Part shown: piece by piece, positions 1-7,602 of the stretch
Position numbering within the stretch: position 1 is the first letter of the stretch
How the letters are laid out: each line of letters starts with the position of its first letter
NCBI GenBank assembly: GCA_038833255.1
Contig: JAWBIX010000006.1
Span: 1 to 13,414 of the forward strand
DNA: 13,414 nucleotides
Direction: 5' to 3'
Source: Nanopusillaceae archaeon
Lineage (GTDB): Archaea; Nanobdellota; Nanobdellia; Nanobdellales; Nanobdellaceae
Program-made: the position numbers and the translations under genes
The notes under the pieces: model-generated
The model's input: only the letters and a program-made list of their open reading frames with translations
What the model was told of the DNA's origin: nothing
Databases searched by the model: none

Positions 1-799
1 TATAGTTCAAAACATCGAATGCCGAAATAATTAACTGTTTTTGTAAGGAAGAAAGTCTTTTTATCATTTTTTCATTCCAAATTAAAAAAGTTTTGTAAGA
101 TTTTCTTATTGCTCCTGTTCCAGAACATGGGGCATCAACTAAAATTTTATCAAATTTCATATCTAATTTTGATATTTTTCTTCCATCTAAACTTGTTACT
201 ATCGTGTTTATTACCCCCTGTCTTTGTAAATTTAAAGCCAAAGCTTTTAATCTTACTTTATTAGGATCATTAGCTATTATTACTCCTTTATTTTCCATAT
301 GCATAGCAATTTGGGTGGTTTTTGATCCTGGAGCTGCTGCAAGATCTAATACTATATCGCCTGGTTTTGGATCCAATACTATTGGTGGAATCATTGACGC
401 AACTTCTTGAGAATAATAATATCCCAATTGAAATTCTATTGTATTTCCAATGTCTTTTCTTTTTGGATGTTCAACAATAAAACCGTATTTATAAAACTTA
501 ACTCTATTAATTTTCCACCCTTTTTCTTTTAATCTTTTTAATACTTCAGTCGCTGTTACATTTATTTTAAATGGATATTGTGACAACTTATACTGGTTAT
601 CTATTCCAGGATCCTCTTTATCTTCCAAAATATCTTCAATCTTTTTATGAGAAATATCATCGATGACCTTCAGTGTATTAATTCTTATAGATTTTTTTAA
701 AGGTTTTAGAGAAAATTCAATAAATTTTTTATAATTATCTCCTAATATTTTTTTATAATGTTCTTCAAAAGATTTTTTTATTTTTACATCATTTTCCAC
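1..799 (-). CDS. NOL1/NOP2/Sun-family RNA (cytosine-C5)-methyltransferase (archaeal Trm4/NSUN-like); 3' end runs off the left edge of the window
   Basis: Not in the ORF track: there is no in-frame ATG near the 5' end and no stop inside the window. My hand translation of the minus strand (codons starting at 799, 796, ...) gives VENDVKIKKSFEEHYKKILGDNYKKFIEFSLKPLKKSIRINTLK...FQLGYYYSQEVASMIPPIVLDPKPGDIVLDLAAAPGSKTTQIAMHMENKGVIIANDPNKVRLKALALNLQRQGVINTIVTSLDGRKISKLDMKFDKILVDAPCSGTGAIRKSYKTFLIWNEKMIKRLSSLQKQLIISAFDVLNY. Family signatures present: RxNTLK, G-Y-x-Q-x-x-AS, AAPGxKT (SAM site) and DAPCSGTG (catalytic Cys). An in-frame TAA at 829-827 bounds the 5' end, so only GTG (799-797) or TTG (817-815) can serve as the start. 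Confidence 0.8.
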   Translation of the reverse strand, partial: MENDVKIKKSFEEHYKKILGDNYKKFIEFSLKPLKKSIRINTLKVIDDISHKKIEDILEDKEDPGIDNQYKLSQYPFKINVTATEVLKRLKEKGWKINRVKFYKYGFIVEHPKRKDIGNTIEFQLGYYYSQEVASMIPPIVLDPKPGDIVLDLAAAPGSKTTQIAMHMENKGVIIANDPNKVRLKALALNLQRQGVINTIVTSLDGRKISKLDMKFDKILVDAPCSGTGAIRKSYKTFLIWNEKMIKRLSSLQKQLIISAFDVLNY

Positions 800-2996
800 T
801 TTTATATTCTCCCTCAAAAATTTTTTTTAATTTTTCTGCTCTAGATTCGCCAATAATGTTTTCTATTTCAACTTTTTTAGCTAAAATAATATTTTTAATT
901 GATTTAAATCTTTCTAATAATCTTTTTGCTAATTGATCGCCAATTCCGGGAACTTGCTTTAATATATTTTCTCTAATTTTATCTTCATCGTATTCTTTTG
1001 AAAATTCTGGAATTGTTGGAAACCTGTTTATATTTTTCGCTAAAATATATAAATAATTTGAAGTTTCTATAAAGTTCTTTGTTCTTATTATAGGAATTTT
1101 ATATTCTAAAATTATTTTTAGTATCAAAGATTTTATATAATTTGGAGATAGTTCTGGGGCAATATAAAAATCTTCTTCATCACCTTCTAATATTAAAATA
1201 GCATTTTTATCCTTTAGTTTAGAAAGTTGATCATTTAATCTTCCATCTGCTATAGAACTTATAAAATCTAAAATCGTTTTTCTTTCAATTATATAATCTC
1301 CAATTATGTAATCTCCTATATCTAAATTTTCTAATTTTATTAACACATCTCTTTCAGATAATATTTGTAAAACTCCAGAATCTTTTTCTTTATAATCAGC
1401 AATTATCGTACCAATATCTATTTTTTGATTTTCTTTTTTCTCAGTTTTTAAAATAAAGTTAGTTATATTTTTTCCTATCTCCTCTTTTTTATTTTCTTGT
1501 TTATTTAAATTTGTCGTATCCATTGTAACAGGTTTCAGATATTTTTTAATATGTTTTATAAGTTTAAACATTTTTCTTTCTTTATTAATTGCAACCCAGT
1601 AAAATCTCTCATCAATACTTTTTTTAGTTACAAAAATATAGACTTTTCCTATTTCTCCTCTTCCTGTTCTTCCTCTTCTTTGGATATATCTTATTTCTGA
1701 CGGAACAGGTTCATAGAATATCACAATATCTACTTTAGGTATGTCTATACCTTCTTCTCCTATTGAAGTTGCTAATAAGACATTAAATTTTCCTTCAGCA
1801 AAATTTCTTAATATTTTTATCTGTTCTGCCTGTCCCATCTCTTTTTTACCAATAAATTTTTGAGAAGTTATTCCTTCTTTATCTAAAAACTCTTTTATTC
1901 TATCTAAAGTTTTTCTTATTTGTGCAAAAACAATTATTCTCTTATCTTTATTTTCTTTTATTATTTCTATAAGTTTTTTTAATTTTGGATGTTCTTTACC
2001 AGATTCTAAAAGTTTTTTTGCTAAATAAATAGCCTTTTTAATTCTTATGTCTTCTAAAACATAATAATCTGCTCTACTTTTTCTTAAATCTTTGTTTATA
2101 GAAGAAAAATATTCTAAAAAAGTATATAATGTTTGTGTTTCTAAAACTTCTAAAGCATGTAATATTTTTAATATTTCACTAGCTAATATAAAAGCCTGTT
2201 TTAATCTGTTATTACGAGGATTTATATCAATCTGTTTTTTTATTTCATCAATCCATTCTAAAACATCTTTTTTCCCCTTCTTAATAGAAAAATCGGGAAT
2301 AATATCTTTTATTTTTTCAATTCTAAAGTCTATTGCTTGTTTTAATAAGTTTTCTATTTGTAAAAATTCTTCATCTAACTCTACATCTATTCTTTTAATA
2401 TCTATTGGTTTTATATATTTAGCTATATCTTTTTCTTTTCCTGTTCTTATTTCAATATTTTTTATATACAAATTATTTATCACTTCTTGTATTCTTTCTA
2501 TATTCCATCCTGGGGAGGCTGTAAGTCCAATAATTCTTGAATTTTGAGATTGCTCAACAAATTTCTTTGCTATAAAAGAATAGGCATATTTTTTAACAGC
2601 CCTATGTGCTTCATCAAAAATTATAGTTGATGCGTTATAAAATGTTACTTTTCCGTTAATTATATCATTTTGAAGTGTTTGTGGAGTTATAAAAATTATT
2701 TTTGCTTGTTTATATAGATATTCTCTTCTATCCGGATGAGTTTCTCCAGTTATAGAAATAGAAATTTCTTTATATTCTGGAAAAATTTTTATAAAATTAT
2801 TATAATGTTGGTTTACTAGTGGTTTTGTCGGAGCTAAAAAGAATATTTTTTTATCTGGAAATTGTTTTAATCTTTCAACAATCACAAAAAAAGCAATTAT
2901 TGTTTTTCCAGTACCTGTCGGCAAAATTATAAGTGTGTTATCTGATAAGCATGATTTTAAAATATTCTTCTGATATTCCCTTAACTCTATCTGCAT
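789..2996 (-). CDS. hef: Hef: SF2 helicase fused to an XPF/ERCC4-type nuclease and a C-terminal (HhH)2 domain
   Basis: 735-aa ORF. Helicase motifs: I PTGTGKT, II FDEAH, III LTASPG, VI QRRGRTGR. ERCC4 nuclease signature: ADYKE...GDYIIGDYIIERKTILDFISSIADGRLNDQ. C-terminal helix-hairpin-helix pair: VPGIGDQLAKRLLERF...IIGESRAEKL. This is the euryarchaeal-type long Hef architecture. Confidence 0.9.
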   Translation of the reverse strand: MQIELREYQKNILKSCLSDNTLIILPTGTGKTIIAFFVIVERLKQFPDKKIFFLAPTKPLVNQHYNNFIKIFPEYKEISISITGETHPDRREYLYKQAKIIFITPQTLQNDIINGKVTFYNASTIIFDEAHRAVKKYAYSFIAKKFVEQSQNSRIIGLTASPGWNIERIQEVINNLYIKNIEIRTGKEKDIAKYIKPIDIKRIDVELDEEFLQIENLLKQAIDFRIEKIKDIIPDFSIKKGKKDVLEWIDEIKKQIDINPRNNRLKQAFILASEILKILHALEVLETQTLYTFLEYFSSINKDLRKSRADYYVLEDIRIKKAIYLAKKLLESGKEHPKLKKLIEIIKENKDKRIIVFAQIRKTLDRIKEFLDKEGITSQKFIGKKEMGQAEQIKILRNFAEGKFNVLLATSIGEEGIDIPKVDIVIFYEPVPSEIRYIQRRGRTGRGEIGKVYIFVTKKSIDERFYWVAINKERKMFKLIKHIKKYLKPVTMDTTNLNKQENKKEEIGKNITNFILKTEKKENQKIDIGTIIADYKEKDSGVLQILSERDVLIKLENLDIGDYIIGDYIIERKTILDFISSIADGRLNDQLSKLKDKNAILILEGDEEDFYIAPELSPNYIKSLILKIILEYKIPIIRTKNFIETSNYLYILAKNINRFPTIPEFSKEYDEDKIRENILKQVPGIGDQLAKRLLERFKSIKNIILAKKVEIENIIGESRAEKLKKIFEGEYKSGK

Positions 2997-3014
2997 TAAA
3001 ATTATTTGTTAAAT

Positions 3015-3302
3015 TTATTTAAAAAAATTAATTACTTTGGTCTGATAAGATTTTTCAAATATAAAATTGAAATGTTCTTTATACTTTTCCAATATTTCTT
3101 TAGAGTATTCATCAATTCCAATCAAAATTATATTCATCTTCCCTTTTCTACTCTTAATTTTTTTATATTCAATAAGCAAATTCAAAATTTCTTCTAAAAA
3201 TTTTTTTCTAGATTTATTATTTAAAAACCAAATAATTTCTTCATTACCATCAAAATTTATTCCTTTTTCTGAAAATTTTATTATTAAACTTGCTCTAGGC
3301 AT
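3015..3302 (-). CDS. Hypothetical 95-aa protein ending in a PIP-box-like motif (QTKVINFF-K-stop)
   Basis: The ORF fits between Trm1 (16-nt gap) and Hef (18-nt gap) on the same strand. Its K/E/N/I-rich composition matches the other genes here. The two overlapping plus-strand ORFs are F/I/L/S-rich, as expected for antisense shadows. I recognise no family. The C-terminus matches Q-x-x-h-x-x-a-a. Confidence 0.55.
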   Translation of the reverse strand: MPRASLIIKFSEKGINFDGNEEIIWFLNNKSRKKFLEEILNLLIEYKKIKSRKGKMNIILIGIDEYSKEILEKYKEHFNFIFEKSYQTKVINFFK

Positions 3303-3318
3303 AAATATATTTTATTTT

Positions 3319-4404
3319 TTAATCTATATAGATTTTTGGATAGTTTAAACATTTTATTCCATAATCTGAAAAATGTGTTCTACATCCACTATTGATTTGA
3401 ATTAACTCAGATATTTTTGGTATTTGTTTTATTTTTAGAAATTTGCTTAAATATCTTATATCATAGTAATACCATAAATTTAATTTAGAATCACAGTTAA
3501 TTATTCTTTCTAAAATCTTTTTTTCACTTTTATCTAATTCTAAAATTGAACAGTTATTATAGAAAATATCTAATATTCTTTTTTCATATAAGCTTCCAAC
3601 ATATATTGGGCCTAACTCATCCATTTTCTTGTTACAATTTATACAAATGTTTTCTGTATCAGATTTATATCCACATTTATTACAATAAAATATTTTTTTA
3701 ATGTTTTCTAATAAATTCTTTATGTCTTTAGATTTTTTAGATTTTATAAAAAAAATTCTATAGTGATGTTTATAATAATATGCAAAAATAGGAATTAATG
3801 CGCTTTCAAATTTTATTCCTTCTTCGATAACATATTTTGCTAAAACTCTAATACCAAATTCTAAATAAAAATCTGTTTTATATCCAATTATTCCATATTT
3901 TCTTAAACCAGCTATAGGTTTTGATGCTGATAAAGCTGATATATCTGTAGCTGTAACTCCTAATAAACCAAAATTTTTTAAAGAATTTACTGCTGGTTGG
4001 ATAAAACCAATAGGAGATCCAAAAGGATCTATATCAATATAATCAAATTTTTCTTTATACATAATAATTCTGCAGTCTTCTTTTAAAATTTCATAATTAT
4101 CTTTAAGATTATTTAATAAAAAATTTTTCTTTATATTTTCTACAGCTTCTTTTTTTATATCAACTACTTTTATGTTATTGACAACATCTGGGATTTCTTT
4201 TAATATTCTAATACTTCTTATACCACTAGCAGCCATCGCATCTAAGATATCTAGTCTCTTTTTTCTTATTTGATAGAAAGATTTTAGAAGAATTATAGTA
4301 AAATCTCTATTAATTTTCATTAAAGGATTGTAGAAAACTGCAGATTTTTTAGATAAAAAAACTTCCGGAATATCTATAATAGCAGATCCTTCTTTTATTA
4401 ACAT
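3319..4404 (-). CDS. trm1: tRNA (guanine26-N2)-dimethyltransferase Trm1
   Basis: 361 aa. Matches to Trm1 signatures: VFYNPLMKINRD (FYNPxxxxNRD), DAMAASGIRSIR (SAM-binding loop) and DIDPFGSP. A C-terminal Cys4 knuckle is present (CNKCG...CINC). Confidence 0.9.
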   Translation of the reverse strand: MLIKEGSAIIDIPEVFLSKKSAVFYNPLMKINRDFTIILLKSFYQIRKKRLDILDAMAASGIRSIRILKEIPDVVNNIKVVDIKKEAVENIKKNFLLNNLKDNYEILKEDCRIIMYKEKFDYIDIDPFGSPIGFIQPAVNSLKNFGLLGVTATDISALSASKPIAGLRKYGIIGYKTDFYLEFGIRVLAKYVIEEGIKFESALIPIFAYYYKHHYRIFFIKSKKSKDIKNLLENIKKIFYCNKCGYKSDTENICINCNKKMDELGPIYVGSLYEKRILDIFYNNCSILELDKSEKKILERIINCDSKLNLWYYYDIRYLSKFLKIKQIPKISELIQINSGCRTHFSDYGIKCLNYPKIYID

Positions 4405-4408
4405 AAAC

Positions 4409-4696
4409 TTATTTTTTTATATCTACAAAAACTTTATCTTCTTTTTTTATTATTTTTAAATTTAATTTAACTGGGGGTTTTTTTATTCCTCTAGACCAAA
4501 TATATCTGTTTAATCTATCAGATATTTTTATTTTATCTGTCTTTGTTATTTTTTTTATTAATTCTTTTATAACATTTATTGCCTTTTTTGCTCTTTTCTG
4601 CAACGGAGCTTTTAATACTTTTTTTCTTATATTTAAAATAATTTCTTTTTCCTCAACTTGATTAACATTTTCCGTTTTTTGATTATCTTCTACCAT
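4409..4696 (-). CDS. rpl31e: Large-subunit ribosomal protein L31e (eL31)
   Basis: 95 aa and basic. The core ISDRLNRYIWSRGIKKPPVKLNLKI matches the eL31 signature (LNxxxWxxGIxxxPxxIRV). It ends 4 nt upstream of trm1. Confidence 0.85.
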   Translation of the reverse strand: MVEDNQKTENVNQVEEKEIILNIRKKVLKAPLQKRAKKAINVIKELIKKITKTDKIKISDRLNRYIWSRGIKKPPVKLNLKIIKKEDKVFVDIKK

Positions 4697-4757
4697 TTAA
4701 CTAACTATAATATAAAACATTTTTAATTTTTTTAAGTATGAAAGCTAATAAACTGAG

Positions 4758-5159
4758 ATGAATAGATTTTCATTTATATCAAAAAACAAATTATATATAT
4801 TGTTAATAGGATTTTTATCGGCTTTTATAATATATCCGATCTACTTATATTTTAAAGAACCTTATTTTTCTGTAGCTCTTTCTTTTATATTAGTTTTGTA
4901 TATAGATAATCCGTGGTTTTTATTTGGATGGTTACTTAATGGTTTATTTTTATATTTTATTGAGATTTATGAAGGAAATTTCGCCGCAATTTTAATTACA
5001 GTACCTATAATAGAAATTTTTTTGAAGGAATATAAAAAAGAAGAAAATACAAATTTAAAAAAAGCAATTATTTTAATTTTATTATTTGTTATGATTTTCT
5101 TAATATTTTATTTATTTGTTTATCAAAATATTACTATTAGAAATATGTTGTTCAAATAA
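4758..5159 (+). CDS. Hypothetical small integral membrane protein (about 4 TM segments)
   Basis: 133-codon ORF. An open frame this long is unlikely by chance in sequence so rich in stop-like triplets. It has four hydrophobic stretches and one charged loop (KEYKKEENTNLKK). I recognise no family. Confidence 0.5.
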   Translation: MNRFSFISKNKLYILLIGFLSAFIIYPIYLYFKEPYFSVALSFILVLYIDNPWFLFGWLLNGLFLYFIEIYEGNFAAILITVPIIEIFLKEYKKEENTNLKKAIILILLFVMIFLIFYLFVYQNITIRNMLFK

Positions 5160-5165
5160 AAAGAA
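5153..5165 (-). terminator. Oligo-T tract immediately 3' of tRNA-Leu (candidate archaeal terminator)
   Basis: The minus strand reads TTCTTTTTATTTG directly after the discriminator base. Archaeal RNAP terminates at T-runs. Specificity is weak in this AT-rich DNA, and the tract overlaps the stop codon of the convergent membrane-protein ORF. Confidence 0.3.
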
Positions 5166-5249
5166 TGCGGGGGCGGGGATTTGAACCCCGGACGGATCTA
5201 ATCCATCGGGACCTCAACCCGACCCCTTTGACCTCTCGGGCACCCCCGC
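5166..5249 (-). tRNA. tRNA-Leu (anticodon GAG), type II with long variable arm, no intron, CCA not encoded
   Basis: Reverse complement: GCGGGGGTGCCCGAGAGGTCAAAGGGGTCGGGTTGAGGTCCCGATGGATTAGATCCGTCCGGGGTTCAAATCCCCGCCCCCGCA. Acceptor stem GCGGGGG/CCCCCGC with discriminator A. Anticodon stem TCGGG/CCCGA, loop TTGAGGT (U33, GAG, G37). Variable arm GGAT-TAG-ATCC. T arm CGGGG-TTCAAAT-CCCCG. Confidence 0.92.
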
Positions 5250-5288
5250 ATTTATAAATTTTATCAAATGTAAAATAATAAATGGTTT
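5250..5288. promoter_or_regulatory. 39-bp divergent promoter spacer between tRNA-Leu and cysS with two TATA-box candidates
   Basis: TTTATAAA (5251-5258, a perfect palindrome) lies 31-38 nt upstream of the cysS ATG. ATTTATTATTTTA on the minus strand (5283-5271) lies 22-34 nt upstream of tRNA position 1. TATA-like strings are common in this composition, so confidence is low. Confidence 0.35.
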
Positions 5289-6710
5289 ATGGGTGTTTTA
5301 TACATCTACAATAGCCTAAGTAAGAAAAAAGAGAAATTTGAACCATTAGAGTATCCCTTTGTAAAAATATATCATTGTGGTATAACACCTTACGATAGAT
5401 CCCATGTAGGACATTTGAGATCAGAGACTTCTGTTGATGTATTGAGGAGAACATTAAGATTTTTAGGATATGTAGATATTGCAATAAGCAATTTTACAGA
5501 TATAGATGATAAAATAATAAGAAAAGCTAGAGAAACTGAAAAGGATTGGAGCGAGATTGCAATAGAAAACATAAAATATCATCTAAAGATAGTTTCTAGA
5601 ATAAACAATTTACCATTTTATGTCAATCCAAAAGTAACAGAGCATATTCCTGATATGGTTGAATTTATAGAAGATTTAATTAAAAAAGGATATGCTTATA
5701 GTGGAAAATATGGAATATATTTTAACTTAGATAAATTCAAAGATTATGGTAAACTTTCTGGAAAAAAAGATCCAAATAGTTGGAGACAGGAAGAAGAATT
5801 TTTATCAGATAAAATAAATCCATATGACTTCGCTTTATGGAAGTTTAAAAGAGAAGGAGAACCTTATTGGGAAACTTCAATTGGGCCTGGAAGGCCAGGA
5901 TGGCATATCGAATGTTCAACAATGTCTTCTAAATACTTAGGAGAAAAATTTGATATACATACTGGTGGACAAGATTTAATATTTCCACATCATGAAAATG
6001 AAATAGCACAATCTGAAGCCAGATTTTCTCATGACTGGGTAAAATATTGGATTCATTTTGGGTTAGTATATATCGAGGGAGAAAAAATGAGTAAATCTTT
6101 AGGTAATGTTATTGAAGCTGGAGAATTTTTAGATAAATATGGGGAAATGCCATCTAGATTTTATTTAATTTCAACACATTATAGAGATATTTTAAATATT
6201 ACTGAAGAAGGAATTCAACAAGCAATAGATAATTATAAATATATTACTTCTACAATTAAAACAATTATTTCTGAATTAGAAAAGACTGATAGAACTTTTA
6301 AATTATCTGAAGATAAAATAAAAATTTGGAATACTTTATTGACTTATGAAAAAAAATTTATAAATAGTATTTTGGATGATATAGATACTACACGGGCAAC
6401 AGCAATTCTATTAGAAGCTACTAAATTTATAAACAAAGAAATAATAAACTCAGGAATATTTACATTATTATACACGTCTTATGAATTTTATAGGATAGTT
6501 AACAATATTTATGCTTGTTGGGATGATATATTTTATAAAAAAGAAGATAATAAATTAGTATACAACTTGTTAGATTTAATTTTAGAAATAAGAAAAGAGT
6601 TAAGAAAAAGAAAACAATATGAGCTTTCTGATAAAATAAGAGAAAAATTGAGAAATATTGGAATAGATTTACTAGATAGAGGAGAAGAAACTTTTTATAG
6701 ATTTATTTAG
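5289..6710 (+). CDS. cysS: Cysteine--tRNA ligase (CysRS)
   Basis: 473 aa. The N-terminus YNSLSKKKEKFEP...CGITPYDRSHVGHLRS carries the HIGH-type motif HVGH. Zn-site context: GWHIECS and GGQDLIFPHHENE. The KMSKS motif is exact (EKMSKSLGN). Confidence 0.95.
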   Translation: MGVLYIYNSLSKKKEKFEPLEYPFVKIYHCGITPYDRSHVGHLRSETSVDVLRRTLRFLGYVDIAISNFTDIDDKIIRKARETEKDWSEIAIENIKYHLKIVSRINNLPFYVNPKVTEHIPDMVEFIEDLIKKGYAYSGKYGIYFNLDKFKDYGKLSGKKDPNSWRQEEEFLSDKINPYDFALWKFKREGEPYWETSIGPGRPGWHIECSTMSSKYLGEKFDIHTGGQDLIFPHHENEIAQSEARFSHDWVKYWIHFGLVYIEGEKMSKSLGNVIEAGEFLDKYGEMPSRFYLISTHYRDILNITEEGIQQAIDNYKYITSTIKTIISELEKTDRTFKLSEDKIKIWNTLLTYEKKFINSILDDIDTTRATAILLEATKFINKEIINSGIFTLLYTSYEFYRIVNNIYACWDDIFYKKEDNKLVYNLLDLILEIRKELRKRKQYELSDKIREKLRNIGIDLLDRGEETFYRFI

Positions 6711-7590
6711 TTTCCCAGCCAACACTTTTTTCTATACCTAACTCTCTTTTTATTATTTCTTCTATAAGATTTTTTTCTCTATTTTTGATTTTACATAAAT
6801 TATGTGCCATTTTTAAAAGGAACGGATACGCTTTCTCATAAAATATAGTTTTTATAATTGAGTAAAATTCATCATCTTCTATATTATTCCAACTTTCTAT
6901 CCTATATATATGTTCATATTTTCTTGCTCTAATATAGCAAGCCTTTATCTTTCTTCCATCAAAATCCTTATAAATTATTTTTGTACAAAAGGTTTCAAAG
7001 GGATATTTATTTAATAAAATAATAAAATCTGATTTTTGTGATTCAAGCAGTCTTGAATGCAATATTCTCTTAGCTATAGAAATCAGCTTAATTTTATCCG
7101 AATTATAAAATTTTTCTCTATAAGATTGAATTCTTTTATTTATATCGTCTATAGGGGATCCTATAATTTTTTGAAAAAGTATAAAATCTGAAACAAGGGA
7201 ACCGTCAATAATTTTATATTTTTCCTTAGTTTCCCACGCTAACGTATATTCTAAATTTTTACTAAATATACTAGCAAGATCTGATATTTCTAAAGATTTT
7301 ATTTCCTTTTTTTCAAATATATCTATAAATATATCGGGAAATATAATGTAATCTTTAAGAGTAGTTTCTTTATTTTTAGAAATAGCAACAGCTCTCAAAT
7401 AAATATAAGAAATTGGCCCTATTATTCCACTTACATAACTAGAATCGATAAAAACAAAATCTTCATCTAAAATATTAAATTTATCTAAGTCTATTATATC
7501 TATATTTATATCTTCGCTCTTTTTTAATAAAGTATCTTTTATTTTACCCACAAGATTTCTTATTTGTAGTATATCATCTCTATCTATCAT
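6703..7590 (-). CDS. nurA: NurA-family nuclease (short form)
   Basis: 295 aa. The blocks are colinear with my recollection of Sulfolobus NurA. FVFIDSSY...IYLRAVAI corresponds to FVAIDGGS. LEYTLAWETKEKYKIIDGSLVS corresponds to the ...LE...DGSL motif. The remaining blocks are LISIAKRILHSRLL, ACYIRARKYEHIYRIES and AYPFLLKMAHNLCKI (GYPxxLxxAH). This is recognition by eye, not a profile search. Confidence 0.7.
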   Translation of the reverse strand: MIDRDDILQIRNLVGKIKDTLLKKSEDINIDIIDLDKFNILDEDFVFIDSSYVSGIIGPISYIYLRAVAISKNKETTLKDYIIFPDIFIDIFEKKEIKSLEISDLASIFSKNLEYTLAWETKEKYKIIDGSLVSDFILFQKIIGSPIDDINKRIQSYREKFYNSDKIKLISIAKRILHSRLLESQKSDFIILLNKYPFETFCTKIIYKDFDGRKIKACYIRARKYEHIYRIESWNNIEDDEFYSIIKTIFYEKAYPFLLKMAHNLCKIKNREKNLIEEIIKRELGIEKSVGWETK

Positions 7591-7602
7591 TTAAAATATT
7601 TT

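Noticed and set aside
204-410. 68-aa plus-strand ORF from the supplied track
   Set aside because: It lies antisense to the strongly supported m5C-methyltransferase reading frame (AAAPGSKT ... DAPCSGTG region). It matches no recognisable family, so I treat it as a shadow ORF.
2092-2547. 151-aa plus-strand ORF inside hef
   Set aside because: It is antisense to the Hef helicase domain. Its F/I/S/L/C-rich composition is what the reverse complement of K/E/N-rich codons produces. I treat it as a shadow ORF.
3006-3348. Two plus-strand ORFs (63 and 93 aa) overlapping the 95-aa minus-strand ORF
   Set aside because: Both are F/I/L/S-rich antisense shadows, and the longer one would run into the trm1 3' end. 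The minus-strand ORF matches the local gene direction, spacing and amino-acid composition.
4697-4757. Looked for rpl39e upstream of rpl31e, a common archaeal pairing
   Set aside because: The gap is only 61 nt. The minus strand across 4758-4900 is full of stops and gives nothing Arg/Lys-rich. rpl39e is not here.
4738-4761. 7-codon upstream ORF (MKANKLR) whose TGA overlaps the ATG of the small membrane-protein gene
   Set aside because: It is too short, and chance ATG/TGA combinations are expected in AT-rich DNA. There is no supporting feature, and the transcript may not even include it.
5166-5249. Split or intron-containing tRNA, as known in Nanoarchaeota
   Set aside because: tRNA-Leu is colinear and complete, with all stems pairing. 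tRNA-Val is colinear through the anticodon arm into the T-loop. There is no bulge-helix-bulge or GC-rich leader evidence.
5287-5572. Two minus-strand ORFs (65 and 60 aa) at the 5' end of cysS
   Set aside because: They are antisense to the best-supported gene in the window (HIGH-motif region of CysRS). The first would also run through the promoter spacer.
6869-6876. C/D-box sRNA search: RTGATGA-like strings (for example the reverse complement of tcatcatc here; others near 1183, 8062 and 10381)
   Set aside because: All hits lie inside well-supported coding sequence. None has a correctly spaced CTGA D box with terminal complementarity, and there is no intergenic room for an sRNA gene.
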